From positions 2,421 through 66,420 of the forward strand of contig JBFWZE010000001.1 in the NCBI GenBank assembly GCA_050185685.1: a stretch of 64,000 bases of DNA, given 5' to 3'. This stretch comes from Dehalococcoidia bacterium. GTDB lineage: Bacteria > Chloroflexota > Dehalococcoidia > DSTF01 > WHTK01. The number at the start of each line of letters is the position of its first letter. The stretch's first letter is position 1. The position numbers and the translations under genes were made by a program. The notes under the pieces are model-generated. The model searched no databases. It was given only the letters and a program-made list of their open reading frames with translations, and was not told where the DNA came from. This document shows, in pieces, positions 59,320-64,000 of the stretch.

Positions 59320-60710
59320 GTGGGTGTCATTTCTCCTGAGCTGGCGGCGGGCTCGCCTGCGGTCACGCGGCGCCAGAAGCTGGATGAGAAGCGCGGGTCG
59401 ACGTACTTCGAGAACTCCTGCCAGCGCGGGAAGCTCGCTTTGAACGTCGCCGGTGCCATGCGGGCGTCTTTCGCCGGGTAGATGGCGCCGCCGTATTTGA
59501 GGACGACCTCGTCCATGCGGTCGCAAAGGTCGAGCGTCCGCGCGCCCTTCATCGGGAAGTCGAGCGCGAGCGTGAGGCCGGGACGCGGGAACGAGAGTAT
59601 GCCGGGCGATTCGAGCTCGCCGAACTTTTTGAGCACCGCGAGCATCGCCGCCTCGCCGCTCGACGCGATCAGGTCGAAGAGCTCGTACATCGCGTCGGCG
59701 CCGTGCTCTGGCGGGACGACGCACTGGTGCTGGATGAAGCCGCGCGTGCCGTACATGCGGTTCCAGTTGCCGATGCTATCGAGCGGGTAGAAGAAAGGGT
59801 CGAAGGGCACGGTCGCGCTGACCCGCTTCGCCGGCTGCTTGTAGTAGAGCAGGTTGTTCACAAGCGTCACGCTCAGCTTGTTGAGCAGGAAGCCGGGCGC
59901 CATCACGGGGAAGTTGAGGCGCTGGCGGGAGACGCCGCTCTTGCCGGGGATGTGCTTCTGCCACGCGTGGTTGCCGCGCATGAAGAGGCCGCGTCCCGCT
60001 GCCTTGCCGGTCGTGGCGGCATCGACGAACGACATCGTGAACTCGTAGTGCTCCTCCGATTCAGCCTCGATCTCGAAGAACTCGCTGAGGTTGCTGAACC
60101 GGATCGACTCCATATCGATGAAGGGGCCGTCGACTTTGCGCAGGCGGATCTCGGCCCAGAGGATCAGGCCGGTGAGGCCGAGGCCGCCGATCGTCGCCTG
60201 GAAGAGCTCTCGGTTCTTCGACGGTGAACAGACGAGCCGCTCGCCGTTCGACCGCAGCAACTCGAGCTGGGTGACATGGCGGCCGAAGGTGCCGGCGACG
60301 TGGTGGTTCTTGCCGTGCACGTCGTTCGCGATCGCGCCGCCGACGGTGACGAACTTCGTCCCGGGCGAGGTCGGCAGGAACCAGCCGCGCGGAATGCCGA
60401 GCTCGAGGATGTCTCCCAGCGTGACGCCCGCCTCGCAGCGCAGCGTCCCCGTCAGCTCGTCGAAGCTGATGAACCGCCGCAGGCTCGAGGTGTCGAGCAG
60501 TGTGCCGCCCTCGTTGAGGCAGGAGTCGCCGTAGCTGCGTCCGAGGCCGTAGGGCAGGAGCGGTCCGTGGCCGGCAAAGAGGCCCTCGGTGTCATCCCGT
60601 CCTGCTACGACGGTCACGTCCTGTGCACCGATGTGGGGATACAGGCCCCAGGAGCGGTGGTCGGCGCCGGCGGTGGCAGGGTCGGCAGAGAGCTTCGAAC
60701 GATCGATCAT
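59316..60710 (-). CDS. dprE1: DprE1-like FAD-dependent oxidoreductase (decaprenylphosphoryl-beta-D-ribose 2'-oxidase homolog)
   Basis: GLGRSYGDSCLN, PGTKFVTVGGAIANDVHGKNHH and the C-terminal YGGAIYPAKDARM blocks match the Rv3790 family. Confidence 0.8.
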   Translation of the reverse strand: MIDRSKLSADPATAGADHRSWGLYPHIGAQDVTVVAGRDDTEGLFAGHGPLLPYGLGRSYGDSCLNEGGTLLDTSSLRRFISFDELTGTLRCEAGVTLGDILELGIPRGWFLPTSPGTKFVTVGGAIANDVHGKNHHVAGTFGRHVTQLELLRSNGERLVCSPSKNRELFQATIGGLGLTGLILWAEIRLRKVDGPFIDMESIRFSNLSEFFEIEAESEEHYEFTMSFVDAATTGKAAGRGLFMRGNHAWQKHIPGKSGVSRQRLNFPVMAPGFLLNKLSVTLVNNLLYYKQPAKRVSATVPFDPFFYPLDSIGNWNRMYGTRGFIQHQCVVPPEHGADAMYELFDLIASSGEAAMLAVLKKFGELESPGILSFPRPGLTLALDFPMKGARTLDLCDRMDEVVLKYGGAIYPAKDARMAPATFKASFPRWQEFSKYVDPRFSSSFWRRVTAGEPAASSGEMTPT

Positions 60711-60769
60711 CCCGATCCAGTTTCGACCCGGGCGCCATTGCCTGCAACTAGGGAAGCTCCTGACGGCGA

Positions 60770-60804
60770 CGCATATAGGAGACGCAGGGCTCCGGAACGT
60801 CCTG
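60770..60804. terminator. Hairpin downstream of the small membrane-peptide gene
   Basis: gacgcagggc-(15 nt)-gccctgcgtc, a 10-bp perfect stem. Confidence 0.45.
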
Positions 60805-60833
60805 GGCCCTGCGTCAGGTCGAGTCTACGTTCG

Positions 60834-60929
60834 ACTACCAGCGCCCCCAGCGACCGCGGCCACCGTAGCCAACCGCCCCGAGGACAAGGAGCACAACGAG
60901 GATGATGAGAAGCAGAGTCAAAAGGTCCA
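60834..60929 (-). CDS. Small hydrophobic peptide (31 aa) with a C-terminal GYGGRGRWGRW tail
   Basis: Strong AAGGAGGG ribosome-binding site 4 nt before the ATG. MDLLTLLLIILVVLLVLGAVGYGGRGRWGRW has one transmembrane helix plus a Gly/Arg/Trp tail. It is followed by a hairpin. Confidence 0.45.
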
Positions 60930-61007
60930 TAAAGCCCTCCTTTTCCTCAGCCTATGGGGCTTGCCCTTCTTATTCTCCAAACGTTGAGAAGTATCTGATT
61001 ACATCTG

Positions 61008-61340
61008 CTATCTGCGGGAGTCGCAGGTCCATCTACATCGGTCAAAGCCGGGAGACGACTCGACGAGCTCCAGGTTGGCGTTCATGGCGTCTTCGAACAA
61101 ACGCCGTGCCTTCCTCACCGCCAGCGGCAGGACCACCCGTGGATGTTGTCGACGAGGCTGCGCAAGGCATGGAGGGTGTTCGACACGACAGTCTTGTTGC
61201 AGCGCGGTCTCCGCATGACGCGCGGCGATGACTGCCCAGCCGCTTGCCAGCCAGCCCGTGGTCAGCGGTTTGAGGCTCTTGGTCTCCTCGATCGATGTCT
61301 GGCGGCCCTCGGGTAGAAGAGCAGGTGGATGGTTGAGCAT
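61008..61340 (-). CDS. Hypothetical protein (110 aa) in a locally AT-rich patch
   Basis: AAGGAGA ribosome-binding site 7 nt before the ATG at 61340. There is no recognisable domain, and the composition is atypical, with no strong codon-usage signal. Confidence 0.3.
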   Translation of the reverse strand: MLNHPPALLPEGRQTSIEETKSLKPLTTGWLASGWAVIAARHAETALQQDCRVEHPPCLAQPRRQHPRVVLPLAVRKARRLFEDAMNANLELVESSPGFDRCRWTCDSRR

Positions 61341-61483
61341 TGTCCGGTCTCCTTCGCTCGGCTTCTGGTTCTACCTGGACGTCGATCGGCCAGGTGCCCG
61401 TTCGACAAAGTGACCGTAAATGGGGCGAATTTGTGACACGGCGTCTCGGCCGGGAGCTCACGAGGCGGTGCTATAGTCTGGCC

Positions 61484-62302
61484 ATGACCCCTGAACTCAT
61501 CGCGAAACGAGAGCGCCTCGACGCGATCCTGCGCGAGATGGGCTCAGTCGTCGTTGCCTTCTCCGGCGGCGTCGATAGCACCTTTGTCGCCGCTGCCGCC
61601 CACGACGCGCTCGGCTCGAAGGCGATCGCGGTGACCGGCGTATCGCCCTCGCTGGCGGCCTCGGAGCTGGCAGAGGCGAAGGAGTTGGCCGCGTCGATCG
61701 GCATCGAGCACCGCCTGATCGAGACGCACGAGATGGAGCGCGAGGGCTACGTCGAGAACTCACCGGAGCGGTGCTTCTTCTGCAAAGACGAGCTCTATTC
61801 GCTGCTCGACCAGCTGCTGGCAATCGACGGCTTCGACAACGTCTGCGACGGCGCCAACCTCGACGACCTCGGCGACCACCGCCCCGGGCGTCGTGCTGCC
61901 TCCGGTCACGGCGTGCGCAGCCCCCTGATCGAGGCGGACCTGACGAAGGCGGAAATCCGGGAGCTATCCCGCGAGCGCGGCCTGCCGACCTGGGACAAGC
62001 CGGCAATGGCCTGCCTTTCATCGCGCATCCCCTACGGCTCGCCGGTGACGATCGAAGCGCTGGACCAGATCGAGGCTGCGGAGGCGTTCCTGCGCTCACT
62101 CGGCCTGCGCGAGCTGCGCGTCCGTCACCACGGCTCCGTCGCCCGCATCGAGCTCGACGAGAGCGGCATGGCGGTGCTGATGCGCAACGGCCGACGCCAG
62201 TCGGTGGTCGAGCGCTTCAAGCAGCTCGGCTTCGCCTATGTGACTCTCGACCTCGCCGGCTTCCGCTCCGGCAGCATGAATGAGGTCCTGAAGAAGGGCT
62301 GA
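61484..62302 (+). CDS. LarE-like ATP-dependent sulfur transferase (PP-loop ATP pyrophosphatase, TIGR00268-like)
   Basis: PP-loop VVAFSGGVDS, and CLSSRIPYG with a conserved Cys corresponding to the sacrificial Cys of LarE. Confidence 0.75.
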   Translation: MTPELIAKRERLDAILREMGSVVVAFSGGVDSTFVAAAAHDALGSKAIAVTGVSPSLAASELAEAKELAASIGIEHRLIETHEMEREGYVENSPERCFFCKDELYSLLDQLLAIDGFDNVCDGANLDDLGDHRPGRRAASGHGVRSPLIEADLTKAEIRELSRERGLPTWDKPAMACLSSRIPYGSPVTIEALDQIEAAEAFLRSLGLRELRVRHHGSVARIELDESGMAVLMRNGRRQSVVERFKQLGFAYVTLDLAGFRSGSMNEVLKKG

Positions 62303-62333
62303 CGGCCTTGCCTGTCCCGTCGAAACCCTGAGG

Positions 62334-63002
62334 CTACGTCGCTGCCGTGACGTGGAAGCTGCCGCCGCAGCTGTTGCAGTGCGTGCTAACGCCCTCGCCG
62401 AGCTCGCTGCCGCAGAAGGGACAGAAGCGTACCGCCAGTGGCGTCAGGCGAGTGCTTCCGCGAGACGCCCACTGCAGGACGGGAACCAGGACACTGGTTG
62501 AGAGCAGCAGGATCGTTGTGACACCGAGCAGCCGCCATTCCGGCTCGACGTCGGTCCATACGCCGATGAGGAGCTGCGCACCGAGCAGGGCCGTGAGACC
62601 CATCGCTGCCAGGCCGGGTGCGGTGGGCCGTGCGAGACCGAGCAGGCAGAGATGCGAGAGCCCAATCGCCAGAATGACCAGGCTCGCGAGCGCGTTGACC
62701 GCCCCGTCGCCGTCCTCTTCGGACCAGAGAATGATGATGCCCAGGAGCGTCGCGCTGACCGTGGCAGCGGCAGCCGCGCCGGGGATGACCGGAAGCCCTT
62801 CGATGCGAACCTTGCTCCACGCCTGGATTGGGGGCATGAGGCCGATGCTGCAGAGCGAGAACGCAACAGCGGTCAGCAAGACCTGGACGTCGGCCGGGCC
62901 AAACGGGTCCGCGTCCAGGAACGTGATGATGCCGAGGAAGGCGTTCACCGAAACGCCGATCACGGCGAATCGGAGGACTAGCAGTCTGAGATCAGGCGCC
63001 AC
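62334..63002 (-). CDS. Polytopic membrane protein with a C-terminal zinc ribbon
   Basis: About six hydrophobic helices, then FCPFCGSELGEGVSTHCNSCGG. Confidence 0.5.
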   Translation of the reverse strand: MAPDLRLLVLRFAVIGVSVNAFLGIITFLDADPFGPADVQVLLTAVAFSLCSIGLMPPIQAWSKVRIEGLPVIPGAAAAATVSATLLGIIILWSEEDGDGAVNALASLVILAIGLSHLCLLGLARPTAPGLAAMGLTALLGAQLLIGVWTDVEPEWRLLGVTTILLLSTSVLVPVLQWASRGSTRLTPLAVRFCPFCGSELGEGVSTHCNSCGGSFHVTAAT

Positions 63003-63041
63003 CCCGGCATCATATCGTCACGAGGACTACTGGGGACGAGA

Positions 63042-63800
63042 CTAGTCCATTCGCACCGGGATCGTCATGTCGGTGCGGGGGCCTTCGGGGACCTGGACCT
63101 GGATGTGGGTCGCCGCCTCGTTGCTGGTGTTGAGGAAGGTGTGGGGGACACCCGCCTCGACGAAGACGTAGGTGTTCGGTGCGATCGTGTGACGCTCGCG
63201 GCCGATCGTGAAGACCTGCTCGCCGGTCATCGTGTAGAAGACCTCGTCGTAGGGCGTGACGTAGATGTCGCCGCCCCCCTTGCCCGCGGGCACGTTGACG
63301 ATGTCGATGCGGCAGTGGTGGCTGCCGGTCGCGTAGCTCGCCATCGTCACGTGGGAGGTCTCGAACTTGTCGAATTTCGTGCGGTCGAGGTGGCGGACGT
63401 AGTGGTCGTTCACCGCTTCTTTGAGCTCGAACTCCGGCCACTGCGCGCGGTAGCTGCGGGCGAGACCGGGGAAGGCGCCGGGGACGATGAACTCCCAGTG
63501 GATCTCGTCCCTGTCGCTGGTGTTGAAGTTCTTGTGCGGCACCGCCGTCGGGATGTAGATCAGGTCGTCCTTCGTCGCCTTGAGGACCTGGTCGGCGAGC
63601 TGGAGGTTCATGTCGCCATCGAAGATGAAGTAGAACTGGTCGCCCAGGTGGGTGTGGACGGCCGACGTGCCGGTGCCCGGGGGGACGCGCGTCACGATCA
63701 GGAAGCAGCCGTTGATGCCGGTCTCTTCCGTGCCGACCCACTGGCTGTGGAACTCGGTCGGCTTGAATTGGGAAAAGTCGACAGGAATGATCTTGGGCAT
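63042..63800 (-). CDS. Bicupin protein (gentisate or quercetin dioxygenase-like cupin fold)
   Basis: Two cupin modules (HTHLGDQFYFIFDG...IPTAVPHKN and VTPYDEVFYTMTGEQ...VEAGVPHTFLN). The ATG at 63800 is preferred over the longer ORF. Confidence 0.7.
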   Translation of the reverse strand: MPKIIPVDFSQFKPTEFHSQWVGTEETGINGCFLIVTRVPPGTGTSAVHTHLGDQFYFIFDGDMNLQLADQVLKATKDDLIYIPTAVPHKNFNTSDRDEIHWEFIVPGAFPGLARSYRAQWPEFELKEAVNDHYVRHLDRTKFDKFETSHVTMASYATGSHHCRIDIVNVPAGKGGGDIYVTPYDEVFYTMTGEQVFTIGRERHTIAPNTYVFVEAGVPHTFLNTSNEAATHIQVQVPEGPRTDMTIPVRMD

Positions 63801-64000
63801 AGGAAATCGCACCCCTTCTATGACTGGCAGGGACGCTTCGCTCCGGGCAAAGCGCCGCTCCGGCAAGCTGCCGCCGCAGAATCTAGCAGATTTGGCGAAG
63901 GGCTGCTGTTGTCATCAGCCACGAAAGCAGCCCGGTGCAGCGGGTGTCTGGCTACAGGTCGAGCGCGGCGGCCTTGTTGCTGCTGGAGCGCCGGCGATCG

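Noticed and set aside
61497-62099. 200-aa Arg-rich ORF on the minus strand
   Set aside because: It is antisense to the LarE-like gene, and is a GC-rich shadow ORF.

Overview
This 64 kb window is a high-GC (about 68-70%) segment of a bacterial chromosome. It is most likely actinobacterial, judging by the F420-dependent LLM and PPOX enzymes, a DprE1/DprE2 pair, an MmpL fragment and GGAGG-type ribosome-binding sites. It is densely coding, with about 60 genes on both strands and no CRISPR, transposase or integrase.

Content is accessory and metabolic:
- A partial large-subunit catalase lies at the 5' edge.
- Three stand-alone Rieske ring-hydroxylating oxygenase alpha subunits are present. Two of them share a near-identical N-terminal Rieske domain at the DNA level but have divergent catalytic domains.
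- There is a meta-cleavage module: MarR regulator, HAD hydrolase, MCP hydrolase and extradiol dioxygenase.
- A LacI-controlled sugar-acid and arabinofuranosidase operon is present.
- Five MFS transporters occur, four of one oxalate/formate-antiporter-like family. Two large ATP-binding LuxR (LAL) regulators are present.
- There is a two-component system with a CPBP protease, a gamma-glutamyltransferase, a flavin monooxygenase fused to an NTF2-like domain, and a GH13 enzyme.
- Other genes include a tRNA-Leu(TAA), a DprE1/DprE2 homolog pair, a LarE-like sulfur transferase and a bicupin.

The most unusual feature is a compact operon on the minus strand between the tRNA-Leu/LAL regulator and an LLM oxidoreductase. 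It encodes a GNAT acyltransferase with a Cys-rich C-terminal tail, then a 130-aa protein with 32 cysteines arranged as about 15 CxC motifs (metallothionein-like but far larger than known bacterial metallothioneins), then a DHA2 MFS exporter. The LAL regulator is transcribed divergently from it.

Other notable points are a mosaic Rieske paralog pair, an orphan Tat solute-binding protein co-transcribed with a Rieske oxygenase, an MmpL C-terminal remnant, a likely frameshifted lipoprotein, an in-frame TGA upstream of a hypothetical gene, small RBS-supported ORFs, and several palindromic candidate operator sites.
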